From Octopus sinensis (taxonomy: Eukaryota): a stretch of DNA of 46,341 nucleotides. Below are positions 33,893 to 46,235 of this stretch, piece after piece. Made by a program: the position numbers and the translations under genes. The stretch lies in NCBI RefSeq assembly GCF_006345805.1, contig NW_021834632.1:1-46341 (forward strand). Direction: 5' to 3'. Within the stretch, counting starts at the first letter, position 1. Each line of letters opens with the position of its first letter. The notes beneath the pieces were generated by a model, which worked only from the letters and a program-made list of their open reading frames with translations, was not told the DNA's origin and did not search any database.

Positions 33893-34759
33893 ACTAGCTG
33901 AAGGTGACCCGCTCTACATGTGGGTGAGTGTGTGGTTGTTATTTTCTGTTTCTTATCACCACATTCTCCCTCTTTGTTTCTCTCTCCTTTCTTCTCTCAC
34001 TTTCCCACTCTCTTACTCTTCCTTTCTCTCAGACTCTCCCTCGCTTTCTCTTACTCTCTATCTTTCTCCATCTATCTCTCTCCCATTTATAAAGAACAAA
34101 AGATCTTGAGTAAGTTGAGAAAGAAAATATTTTGAAAGATCAATCATAACTATCAGGTACTGACAACGGAAATATCTGTTTCAAGGCAGACAGCAAAACA
34201 TTAACATTTAAAAGGGACAGATGAACTTGCAAGCTGAATAAAAATTTTAAAAACCAAAATTTGAAGGGATAGAATCTGAGGATAGTAGACTTGCCATGGC
34301 TGGCTTTCCTTAACGACGGACAGCAACGTACTGGCAGTTTCATGGCTGGCAGAACTTGATGTAAAAGAAAATTCCTAAACAATAAATTTTGAAGTGATTC
34401 TTTCTCACAACAGTAGACTCACCATGGCAGGCATTCAAAACTTCTTCATGACAGACGGCAACACATTGACGATTAAAAGGCTGGCACAAATTTTTTAGCT
34501 TGATGTAACAGAGAATTCCTAAACAGCTGCTCTTGTAAATTTTATTCCCCTTCCAGCCCCATTTAGACCCCTTTACACATTTTGGTTAATATAACACGAT
34601 TTCATTTGGGTCTACTTGGGCCACATTTTAAAAGATGAGGTATTTTGTTCTAGAGGTCATGCCTTTCATTTCAGGAAAAAAATAGTTGCCATGCAAACTC
34701 GCCAGCACTTTTAACATAGGTGTGCATATTTTCAGCTCAACCGACCACATAATGCACAC

Positions 34760-34821
<62 letters not shown>

Positions 34822-36257
34822 TATATATATATACGCATTAAATATACATATGTACATATATGTGCATTATATGTGTGTGTGTATGCATTATATATATAAA
34901 TGTATACAAATTATATATATATACATATATACACACACACTCATACACATGTATATATATATATATATAAATAGAGATATATATACACTTTATATGTATA
35001 CATTATATATAGATACACACACACACACATATATAAATTAACCCAATAAATATCTGATTCATAATATAATATTTGTTCTCATGTTTGTGTGGTGGTGGTG
35101 GCGATAATAATTTTCTCTATGAATGCAGACAGATGTACAGAGAGAGAGAGAGTGAGGTGGGAGAAAGAGTGACAGAGCTGGTGAAGGTGGCGGGCGAAAG
35201 AGAGCGGAAGCTGTCAAATGTCGTTATAGATCAAATGTGGAGGGAAGGGAAGAAAGAGAGAGAGAGAGAGACAGAGGAAGAGAGGCAGATATGTGAAACA
35301 GAGAAACGACTATTCATAATATTTGTTCTCATGATTGTGTGGTGGTAGTGGCGATAATAATTCTCTCTATGAATGCAGACAGACGTAGAGAGAGAGAGTG
35401 AAAGAATGTGGAAGAAAGAGTGACAGCGCTGGCAAAGACGGCGGGGGGAAGATAGTAGAAGCTGTCACATGCCGTTATAGAGAGAAAGTGAAGGGAAGGG
35501 AGGAAAGAGAGAGAGAGACGGAGGAAGACAGGCAGATAGGAGAAAGGGAGAAACGACAAACACTTGTCAAAGTGCGGGTTCTTTTCCCCTAGTAACCACA
35601 GCTTTTGAGCTAGGGATTTCTAACCTAGCCCACTCACATTCACGCCTCTTTTTACATGTCCCTGTAAATTTTGGAGCGAATCTGGCGGGATCTAGTGCTC
35701 TTTAACCCGTTCCAATGCCAAAACCAGACAAACAAACAGACTTTTCGCATTTCAGATTTATAGATATTGATTTGTGGAGAAAATTGTTTCCAAGGGAGTG
35801 GGTAGAGGATTTCAGAAAATTCACAAGTTCTGAATTTTTCCTTGTTATATTCCGAAATCACATTCAACTATCTACAGATATCCTAGTGTAGTACTACTAC
35901 ACTACGAAGTATTTTTTCTACCTACTTTCAATAAGTCTTAATGTTTTGGCTTCATTTTTGTTTCATTTTATCCTCAATTATTTTTACGCTTTTTTTAACC
36001 CGTCTGTCATTATTCTCCATTCACTAGTTATTACTTTCTCTCTCTCTCTCTCTCTGTTTATATATATAGATAAATATATATATATATATAAATACGTATG
36101 TACATACACACATACATACACACATACATACATACATACATACATACATACATACATACATACATACATACATACATACATACATACATACATACATACG
36201 CACATACATACATACATACGCACTATAGTAAAACTTTAGTTCTGTGATATAGAGATA
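33893..36257. mobile_element. Cluster of probable Helentron-associated non-autonomous (HINE/DINE-1-like) elements with internal microsatellites
   Basis: ACTAG...ACCCGC-type starts at about 33893 (+) and about 35592 (-); end ...ctttagttctgtgatatagagat at about 36257; internal (CT)n, (TA)n, (TACA)n. Family call is by resemblance only. Confidence 0.35.
35057..35557 (+). repeat. Diverged tandem duplication, unit about 250 bp, GA-rich
   Basis: atatttgttctcatg..tgtgtggtggt..ggcgataataatt.tctctatgaatgcagacaga occurs at about 35069 and about 35319. Confidence 0.85.
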
Positions 36258-36810
36258 AAAATCTGATACTAGATTTTAGGGTATAGTTTTGGGAGCAAGT
36301 GTCATAAATTCACTTTCTAGCTTCGGCCGTAGGAAGTTGAAATTTGATAGCGTTGTGATGAGTTGTCCCTCTACATCCATCCATCGCTACAGGTTTATAG
36401 CTTTATGTTTTATAGAGTGTATGTGTGTGCATATACACACACATACATATATACATCCATACATACATACATACATACATACATACATACATACATACAT
36501 ACACAGTCGTATGTGCGTACATGCATACGTACATACATACACACATGTATGCATACATACACACATACATACGTACATATATATGACGAACTAAATGTTA
36601 CTTTCTTAGATGCAGCACGGACTTTGTCAGTGAACAGGTCGCAGATTTTAGCGACGAAAATATTTTGATAAATTAAACTTAAATGTTGAAGTGAATCGAA
36701 CGGCTTTTGTGTGTTTCTTAAATGGCTTATAAACACCTTCCACGCTGCAATTGTTTTCGTTTCAGCACACGATCTCAGATCAAATTACTTGCTATGCGAG
36801 TACATCTCCG

Positions 36811-36837
<27 letters not shown>

Positions 36838-36841
<4 letters not shown>

Positions 36842-37010
36842 AACAATTCATAATTAAGGGCAAACGAGAAAATTTCTAATGCCAGATATGCCGAAAAATT
36901 GGACATATTGTCCATTAACCATATAATTTTTTTAGGACAATATGTCCAATTTTTCGGCACATCTGGTATTAGAAATTTTTTCGTTTCCCCTTAATTATGA
37001 ATTGTTTATA
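36838..37010. mobile_element. Fold-back MITE: 76-bp inverted arms, 21-nt loop
   Basis: 36838-36913 versus 36935-37010, 4 mismatches counted by eye; TA dinucleotides at the termini. Confidence 0.8.
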
Positions 37011-37087
37011 GCTTTAACCTTTAATGGTATTTTTTGATATGCTGGCCATTGATAAAATTTTGGGGGGAAAAGAATATATTTTTTTCG

Positions 37088-37285
<198 letters not shown>

Positions 37286-37289
37286 CATA

Positions 37290-37651
37290 GGCGCAGGAGT
37301 GGCTGTGTGGTAAGTAGCTTGCTAACCAACCACACGGTTGCGGGTTCAGTCCCACTGCGTGGCATCTTGGGCAAGTGTCTTCTGCTATAGCCCCGGGCCG
37401 ACCAATGCCTTGTGAGTGGATTTGGTAGACGGAAACTGAAAGAAGCCTGTCGTATATATGTATATATATGTATATGTGTGTTTGTGTGTCTGTGTTTGTC
37501 CCCCTAGCATTGCTTGACAACCGATGCTGGTGTGTTTATGTCCCCGTCACTTAGCGGTTCGGCAAAAAGAGACCGATAGAATAAGTACTAAAAGGTGGTG
37601 CTCCAGCATGGCCGCAGTCAAATGACTGAAACAAGTAAAATAGTAAAAGAG

Positions 37652-37652
<1 letters not shown>
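37290..37652 (+). mobile_element. tRNA-derived SINE family A, best-preserved copy
   Basis: A-box-like TGGCTGTGTGG, B-box-like GGTTCAGTCC, CORE-like ttgggcaagt, internal (TA/TG)n, 3' gactgaaacaagtaaaa. Confidence 0.9.
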
Positions 37653-37691
<39 letters not shown>

Positions 37692-37700
37692 ACACATATA

Positions 37701-37742
<42 letters not shown>

Positions 37743-37767
37743 CACATATATATATATATATATACAC

Positions 37768-37830
<63 letters not shown>

Positions 37831-37871
37831 ATATATATATATACACACATATATATATATATATACACACA

Positions 37872-37937
<66 letters not shown>

Positions 37938-37945
37938 CATATATG

Positions 37946-38330
37946 TGGAGGCGCAATGGCCCAGTGGTTAGGGCAGCGGACTCGCGGTCATAGGATCGGG
38001 TTTCGATTCCCAGACCAAGTGTTGTGAGTGTTTATTGAGAGAAAACACCTAAAGCTCCACGAGGCTCCGGCAGGGGATGGTGGTGATCCCTGCTGTACTC
38101 TTTCACCACAACTTTCTCTCACTCTTACTTCCTGTTTCTGTTGTACCTGTATTTCAAAGGGCCGGCCTTGTCACTCCCTGTGTCACGCTGAATATCCCCG
38201 AGAACTATGTTAAGGGTACACATGTCTGTGGAGTGCTCAGCCACTTACACGTTAATTTCACGAGCAGGCTGTTCCGTTGATTCGGATCAACCGGAACCCT
38301 CATCGTCGTAACTGACGGAGTGCTTCCATC
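37946..38330 (+). mobile_element. tRNA-derived SINE family B, full length
   Basis: A box TGGCCCAGTGG, B box GTTTCGATTCC; same body as 13468, 41464 and 46020 copies. Confidence 0.92.
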
Positions 38331-38349
38331 CATACATATATATATATAT

Positions 38350-39120
38350 ACACTCACACACATGGATATATGCCATTTAGCATAGTTGTTTGTACACAGG
38401 AGTCATGCAATCTGCCTTTCACTCTGAGGTAGTAGCTCTGAACTTCATCCTACCTATTCTTATTCGAGAACAACCACCCCAGCTAATAACTTGGTCACCT
38501 AAGTAACAGAAACTGTCTGCCATTTCTGAGTATCATCCCTGACATTTGAAGGAGTGTGTTTTATGTACATTCTTGACATATTCCACATGTAAAGACTACT
38601 TTCTGTTAGTCTTCCAGTGGTACTGCTGCACCTCTTATGTGTCCATAGCTTGTACTGAGTGCACTGCATGGAGTTTCTCTTGACACCTTTTTTAAATCTT
38701 GAGCAGGGCCATCTACCGGAAGGGATCTGTGATTTTCCTACTTATCAATACTTTAGTCTTTGTTAAATTAGCTCTAAGGCCCTTTGATTCCAGACTGTGC
38801 TTCCATACCCGCAATATCTTCTCTACTTTTGATAGTGATTCAGCAATAAGAACAAGGTCATCCGTATATAGAAGCTCCCAAAGGCAGCTAGTCTTAAATT
38901 CCACACTTATAGCCTGGAGGACTATGACAAACAAGAAGGAGCTAAAAACTGATCTCTGGTGAACTCCTTCTTGTACAGTAAGCTCCTATACTCATTGGTG
39001 TTTCTCACTTAATTGACAACATCCCTGTATATGGCTTGTACAGCTCTCACCAACCACTCATCTATCCCTAGCTTCCACATTATCTCCAGCTAAGGAAGCA
39101 GGATACCTAGATGATATTTT
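38350..39120 (-). mobile_element. Older RTE LINE RT fragment
   Basis: LWELLYTDDLVLIAES..KGLRANLTKTKVL (38713..38934), then GRWPCS and decayed PHD and YLGDQV remnants. Confidence 0.85.
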
Positions 39121-39734
39121 TCACCAAGATATTACAACTGTATCTGATTTTTCAAGTGCTTCAATTGTGTGTATATACATATATATTTACTAGATTGCTG
39201 ACATTTATCAATGATTGTTCTGTTGTACTGATGGGCCATTTCCTGTCATTAATGAAACTGTCAGCATTCTTGTTGACATAGGTATGCTAGTGAAATAAGA
39301 AAACATACCTGGGTTTTCAACCATTGTGTTACATTCTATTTTAGACAGCTTTATCTAACTTCCTTTTAGATCTTTCTACATTCCAATCTAATGATTCATA
39401 ATCATTTCAAATAAATAAAATCCTATATCTTGATTTATATCAATACTCAGCAATTGAAGTAAACCTGCGTTCTGATATGTATACTCTGATAGATCAGTCT
39501 AAATATCTATATGAGCGAATATATAAATGCAGTCAATGATAAAAAGTGACTGAGGTATTCACACACACATACACACAAAGAGTCTGACCAAACTTTGTGG
39601 ACTGACTCTCACTACTAAGTTCAGATGGGGAGAAAAGGCTTGTGGTGGTGAGGCTCAGTCTATGTAGCCACTTGAGAGTGTGCCACTCTTTCACATGAAC
39701 TTTGGACATGAAAATCTGCCATCATATCTTTATC

Positions 39735-39850
39735 GTTATCATCGTCGTCATCATCATTTAATGTCCATGTTGGCATGTGTTAGCTGGTTTGACTAGAGCT
39801 GGTAAGCCGGAGAGTTGCACCAGGTTCCAGTTTATTTTGGCTTGGTTTCA
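39735..39850 (-). mobile_element. RTE LINE 3' tail fragment, old
   Basis: catcatttaatgtccatgttggcatgtgttagctggtttgac...tgcaccaggttccagt. Confidence 0.7.
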
Positions 39851-40027
39851 TTAGACAGAAGTTTATTTATATATCCATTTTTATTCAGGATATATTTACT
39901 GCACTTGTTCTTATTGGTATTATTACTATTTTTAATCATATCATTACTACTTACAAATAAATTGGATACATTGTTACTATTAGATTCACCCACTTCCTTG
40001 TTAATCATTCTTCCATTATTATAATTA

Positions 40028-41292
40028 CTGGGTTGGCAACTAATTTTCTGCCGTTTTTTTTTTTTTAATTTAAATTTTTTAAAAGGTTTAGTAAAAAATT
40101 ACAACTAATAAATCGATTATGCACTGACACTTTTTGTTTGCACTTTCTTCCCATAGTTCAACAAGATTTTCAATACCTCACTAGTAGAAATCACCCGATT
40201 TTGATTAGAAATATTGATCCAACCAAGCTCTTAATTCTGCATCAGTATTGAATAAAATTCTGCACATAACACTTGAAAGAGATCAAAAGAGGTGAAAATC
40301 CGTTGGCACAAAATCAGGAGAGTACGGCAGGTGTGGAAGCACTTCCCAGCCATGTGTTTGAATGGCTTCCTTGATCATATTGGCGATATGAGGGCGGGCA
40401 TTGTCATGCAACAGAAGAACTCCATGCTGCCAATTAAGTCTTTTCTCTTGAATAGCCATGTTAAGTTGTTCCATCTGTTGAACATAGAGTTCTGTATTGA
40501 CTGTTTGGTTCCATTCAAGCAATTCGTAATGGATAATCCCTTTCCAGTCCCACCATACGCACAACATCGTTTTACGCAGATGAAGATCTTGTTTCATGCG
40601 CGTTGTCGCATATTTACCGGGGCTAAGCCATTCCTTACACTGCTTCATATTGATGTACAGGCACCATTTTTTATCACCAGTAATGATTCGGTAAAGAAAT
40701 CATTGCTTGTGTCCATGAGTTGAGTGGTGACGAGCAAGCAAACCAGCAGAGATAGTGGCTTGTTGATTTTTGTTGTTGTCACTTAAAGCATGCAGAACCT
40801 ATCCTCCATACTCCTGAACTTTCCCATCGAGTGAAGACGCTTCTCTATAGCAGTGTGGGAGCATTCCATTTTCTCTGCCAGTTCCTTTGTCATTTGACGA
40901 GAATTTTCGTGCAAAAGTTGGTTTAATCACTCTTCATCTAACTCAACTGGATGGCCAGATCAAGGTGTGTCTTTGAGGTTAAAATTTCCATTTTTGAACT
41001 TGGCATGCCAATCACGAGCGGTTCTTTCAGCTATGGCAGCCTCTCCATACATAGCACAAATGTCACAAGCAGCTTTTGTGGCCTTAGAACCTTGATTAAA
41101 AGCAAAAAGAGGTGTCAAAAAGGCTCGATTTTCTTGATGTTCCATTTTAATGATCTCAAAATAAACAAAAATTAACTAAAATTAACGAGAAAAAGGAACA
41201 AAAGAGATTCCAAATTGATTCAAAAATAGTATTCTCGAAAAAAATAAATTCCAAAATTAGAAAAAACTGCGGGAACTTGGTTGCCAACTCAA
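40028..41292 (-). mobile_element. Full-length mariner with TIRs and TA TSD; disrupted DD34D transposase
   Basis: TIRs (c/t)tg(g/a)gttggcaac.aa flanked by TA at 40026-27 and 41293-94; LLLHDNARPHIA, PYSPDFVPTDFHLF, AERTARDWHAKFKNGNF. Confidence 0.95.
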
Positions 41293-41463
41293 TAGATTTA
41301 GCGGAGTTCCCATTCTTATTACAATATACTATTTCAGTATCCTGCATTTTAAGGGCTTCATATTTATGTATATATATGTGTGTGTGTATATATAAGCATG
41401 CATGTATGTGTATATAAATATATGTGTGTGTGTATATATATATATATACATATATATAGTATT

Positions 41464-41845
41464 TGTTGGCACTCCATTGGTTATGATGACGAGGGTTCCA
41501 GCTGATTCGATCGACAGAACAGCCTGCTCATAAAATTAACATGCAAGTGGCTGAGCACTCCACAGACATGTGTACCCTTAATGTAGTTCTTGGGGATATT
41601 CAGGATGACACAGTGTGACAAGGCTGGCCCCTTTGAATTACTGGCACAACAGAAACATGAAATAAATGTGAAAGAAAGTTGTGGTGAAAGAGTACTGCAG
41701 GGTTCGCCACCATCCCCTGCTGGAACCTTGTAGAGCTTTCGGTGTTTTTGCTCAATAAACACTCACGACGCCCAATCTGGGAATTGAAACCGCGATCCTA
41801 TGACCGCAAATCCACTGACCTAACCACTGGGCCATTGCGCCTCCA
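41464..41845 (-). mobile_element. SINE family B, full length
   Basis: rc of 37946-38330. Confidence 0.9.
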
Positions 41846-41984
41846 CATATATAGATGTAGATATATGTATATAGCGGTGGTGCTCCAGAATGGCCGCGGC
41901 CTTCGGGCTAAAACATTTTTCGAGATTTAAGGATTTAAGGAGATATATGTATATATATATATATATATAATATATATATATATA

Positions 41985-42015
<31 letters not shown>

Positions 42016-42055
42016 GTATGTATATATATATATGTATGTATATATATATCCTCCT

Positions 42056-43541
42056 CATCATCATCATCATCATCATCATCATCAATTAACGTCCGCTTTC
42101 CATGCTAGCATGGGTTGGACGGTTCAACTGGGGTCTGGGGAGCCCGAAAGCTGCACCAGTCCAGTCAGATCTGGCAGTGTTTCTACAGCTGGATGCCCTT
42201 CCTAACGCCAACCACTCCGAGAGTGTAGTGGGTGATTTTATGTGCCACCGACACAGGTGCCAGACGAGGCTGGCAAACGGCCACGCTCGGATGGTGTTTT
42301 TTATGTGCCACCGACACAGGTGCCAGACGAGGCTGGCAGACGGCCACGCTCGGATGGTGTTTTTTATGTGCCACCGACACAGGTGCCAGACGAGGCTGGC
42401 AGACGGCCACGCTCGGATGGTGTTTTTTATGTGCCACCGACACAGGTGCCAGACGAGGCTGGCAGACGGCCACGCTCGGATGGTGTTTTTATGAGGCTGG
42501 CAAACGGCCACGATCGGATGGTGCTTGTTACGTGCCCACAGCACGGAGGCCAGTCGATGCGGTACTGGCTACGGCCACGTTCGGATGGTTTTCTTGTGTG
42601 CCACAGGCACTGGTACCACAAAGATACAAATTCCATTGATGTTCATCTATTTTGATTGATTTTCACTTGCCTCAGCAGGTCTTCACAAGTGTCACAAGAA
42701 GGAAGGTATGCACAGGTGGATCGACTACGTCCCAGGTAGGGGCCACGGGATATGGCCTGACTAGTCCTGCCGGGTCCTCTCATGCACAGCACACTTCCAT
42801 AGGACTCGGTCTTCAGTCATTTCCTTGGTGAGACCTAAAGTTCGAAGGTCGTGCTTCACCACCTCGTCCCAGGTTTTCCTGGGTCTACCTCTTCCACAGG
42901 TTCCCTCAACTGCTAGGGTGTAGCACTTTTGCACACAACTATCTTCAGCCATTCTCGTCACATGACCATACCAGCGCAGCCGTCTCTCTTGCACACCACA
43001 ACTGACACTTCTTAGGTTCAACTTTTCTCTCAAAGTACTTACACTCTGACGATTATGAACACTGACATTACACATCCATCGGAGCATACTGGCTTCATTT
43101 CTTGCAAGCTTACGCATATCCTCAGCTGTCACGGCCCATGTTTCACTACCATGTAGCATGGCTGTACGTACACACGCATCATATAGTCTGCCTTTTACTC
43201 TTAGCGAGAGACCTTTTGTCACCAGCAGGGGTAAGAGCTCTCTAAACTTTGCCCAGGCTATTCTTACTCTAGCAGTTACGCTTTCAGCACACCCACCCCC
43301 GCTACTGACTTGGTCTCCTAGGTAGCGGAAGCTATCAACTACTTCTAGTTTGTCTCCCTGGAACGTGGTAGAAGTTGGACTCTGCACATTTCCAGTGTTT
43401 ATTTCTCCTGAGCATCTGCCACAGACAAAAACTATTTTCTTAGTTAGCCTTCCCTTGACATTGCTGCACCTCTTATGTGTCCATAGCTTACACTTGGTGC
43501 ACCTTATAGAGTTTCTACCTACACCTTTTTTACAGATCTTT
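42056..43541 (-). mobile_element. Young RTE LINE, 5'-truncated; uninterrupted RT C-terminal ORF (42761..43549) with PHD-like finger; 3'UTR with 63-bp array; (GAT)n tail
   Basis: FRYLGDQV, MLHGSETW, RRLRWYGHVTRM, GRGRPRKTW motifs of the RTE clade; no stop over about 260 codons. Confidence 0.95.
42241..42492. repeat. Four near-identical 63-bp tandem units (plus about 2 diverged units to about 42615)
   Basis: Unit starts tgtgccaccgacacagg at 42241, 42304, 42367 and 42430. Confidence 0.95.
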
Positions 43542-44945
43542 ATCATCATTTAACGTCTACTTTCCATGCTGGCATGGGTTGGACGGTTTGACTGTGGATG
43601 GGCTACCCAGATGGCTGCGTCAGGCTCCAATCTGATCTGGCAGAGTTTCTACAGCTGGATGCCCTTCCTAACGCCAACCACTCTGAGGGTGTAGTTGGTG
43701 CTTTTATGTGCCACAAGCACAAGGGCCAGTCAGACGGTACTGGCAACAGCCACGCTCAAATGATGTTTTTTATGTGCCACCTACACAGGAGCCCGTCCAG
43801 TGGCAATGACCTCTTTCAAATGTTGTCTTTCACCTGCCACTGGCACAAGTGCCAGTAAGGCGACACTGGTAACGATCACACTTGAATGGTGCTTTTTATG
43901 TTCCAGCTGCCCTGACAACCATCACACTCGTATGGTGCTCTTAATATTTCACTAGCACAGATGCCAGTCAGGCAGTGCTGTCATCGGCCACATCAGTGAT
44001 TTTGATTTTGATTTCACTTGCCTCAACAGGTCTTCGCAAGCAGAGTTTAGTGTCCAATGAAAGAAAGGTATGCATAAGTGGGCTGGTACACCCCTGGCAT
44101 AAGCCACGGGTTATGGTCTCACTTGGCTTGCCGGGTTTCTCTCACACACTGTCTTGCAATACGAAATACCTCAAGTCTTTGGTTCTCACGGCGCAGAACA
44201 TTGGCAAATTTTTTCTTATCTGCTTCCCCTCTGGCTAAATAAACCTGTATCGTAGCTTCCTTTCTGGCAGTCTGATACAATTCCCTGCTACCACCGTTGA
44301 AGTCACCAGCCACAAAGAGAAGGTCCCTGTCATTTGTCAACAAGGTAGTCTGCAAGAGGCTGTCATAAACTTGGTCTTTCTGTCAATCAGGTAGCCCTGG
44401 CTGAGGGGAATAGGCCCAGATAATGGTTGCTAACCTATGATGAAGCACTAATCTAATCTGTATTTTGCCCATAAAATCTTGTACCTGTGTTCTTTGCCTG
44501 TGAGGAACGTAGTAGAACCTCCTCTCTACTTTACTTCTAGGAGGCAACACATATCGACACATCTCTGTTCAAGCATCTCAACAATCTCACCAGACCTACC
44601 TTTCAGTGTACTGATGTTGAGAGTGCTAACCCTGAGGGTGTGGGAGGTGTGGGCCTGTGAGACTCTGGAACAGGGGACAGCAGTGTCATGTACCTGAAAA
44701 GAAAGCTCGCATTTGGCAAAATTCATAAACAAACAATAGCCTTCAATTCAACCTGCATACACTACACCATCATATTTATGCACTATATGATCACTACCTT
44801 ACACAGGAGATAAGCCCTAAGTAGGGGTGGATGGTGTAAAGCCTTTAGAAATGTTCATGGGAGACAACCAAAGGATGACAAAGGATAGGAACTTCTGGTA
44901 CAGGTGGAAGGGGTGGGAGGGCCCTGATACTGTGAACTAGCAAAT
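43542..44945 (-). mobile_element. Older internally deleted RTE LINE: 5' region, APE endonuclease fragments, 3'UTR and tail
   Basis: LRVSTLNISTLKGRSGEIVEMLEQRCVDMCCL (44526..44732); YSPQPGLPD..LFVAGDFNG; QVYLARGEADKKKF; 3'UTR like the neighbouring copy. Confidence 0.88.
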
Positions 44946-44957
44946 TTAGACCATATG

Positions 44958-45665
44958 TATTCTTTCAGCAGAGGTATTAAAAAATTGAGTCGGGGAATCT
45001 GAGTGCATTTGCTAGTTTATATAGGGTGGGGTGGGGCTAGAGGAGGGAGTCTTGGTGAAGCGAGTGGTAATCGAAAGAGAGAGAGACAGACAGAGTGAGG
45101 CTGAGAGAAAGAGAGAGATACAGACTGAGGCCGAGAGAGAGAGAGAGGGCACCAGGGTTAAAGTGGTCAGAACACGAGGGAGACAAATATTCTTTTGGGA
45201 TTTGGGTAGCATAATTTAATGAAACAACAAATATTGATAATAGTAAAATAAAGTTGAAAAATCTTAGAGTTTTCGGTCAACCAATCTATGACAAAATTAG
45301 AGAAATAAGTGACTGTGTGAGAAACTTGAATAAATGAATATGTTGTGGTTAAGGAAATGCGTGAACTAAGGTTATCTTAAGACAACAACAAGGAAGATGA
45401 AACTTTTGAAACTATATTTACATGTTGACATGGTAATGAAATAGACAGAATAATGAAAAGAACTAATAAGGGGCTTATGATCTGTGCAGAAATAGAAGAG
45501 TAGATGAACGAGGTTGAAAAGACAAAAATTCTTATCTGAGCAACTTCTGAGATTTGTATACTTCAGCAGAGGTATTAAAATTCGAGTAGGGGGAATCCGA
45601 GTGTGTGCGCTAGTTTATATATGGTGGTGGTAGTGGTAGTGTAGGAAGTCTTGACGAAGCGACAT
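44958..45665. repeat. Two diverged copies of a ~120-bp motif (about 44958-45070 and about 45558-45665)
   Basis: ttcagcagaggtattaaaa..gagt.ggggaatc.gagtg...gctagtttatat...agtcttg..gaagcga shared; flanks differ. Confidence 0.75.
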
Positions 45666-46019
45666 GACAGTTTTAATGGAGATAAAGCTCCAATATATAG
45701 TACAACTGTTTTTTCCCTCATATATGAACCAAAGATTAAGAAATTTTAACCAACTGAAATTTCACCATATAGTACCTTACTGGATTTTACCATGAGAAAG
45801 GAACCCTAAGGAAGGAAATATTTTTATACAGGGAGTTGAATTTGGATTAGTTCTTAGAGTCCCTTAAAACTTTTCTGAAACCGCTATAGGTTTGGACTGA
45901 TCCTCCCAATCGCCTCCTTTAATCTATTCTAACTATACTTTATACTTTCATGGTACTCCTTATATACTTTTTATGTTTTTTTATTTTTTATGTTTATATT
46001 CTTATATTTCTATCTTCTT

Positions 46020-46230
46020 ATCATACAACCCTGCTGTACCCTTTCACCACATCTTTCTCTCACTCATTCTTCCTGTTTCTGTTGTACCTGTATTTCAAAG
46101 AGCCAGCCTTGTCACACTCTGTGTCACACTGAATCTCCCTGAGAACTACGTTAAGGGTACACATGTACAGGCTGTTCCGTTGATCGGATTAACTGGAACC
46201 CTCAACGTCATTATCGACTGAGTGCCAACC
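46020..46230 (+). mobile_element. SINE family B, 3' half
   Basis: ccctgctgtaccctttcaccac...gagaactacgttaagggtacacatg...ggaaccctcaacgtc. Confidence 0.85.
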
Positions 46231-46235
46231 ACCAT

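Noticed and set aside
37290-38030. tRNA-like sequences with A and B boxes
   Set aside because: These are SINE heads continuing into SINE bodies with several dispersed copies; no complete cloverleaf
42086-42655. CRISPR-like array or repetitive protein genes in several frames
   Set aside because: Contiguous 63-bp units without unique spacers, no cas genes, located in a LINE 3'UTR; frames stay open only because 63 is divisible by 3
44740-44945. HDV-like ribozyme at the RTE 5' end (known for some RTEs)
   Set aside because: I could not identify the nested double-pseudoknot pairings by eye; an RNAmotif or Infernal search on the family consensus would be needed
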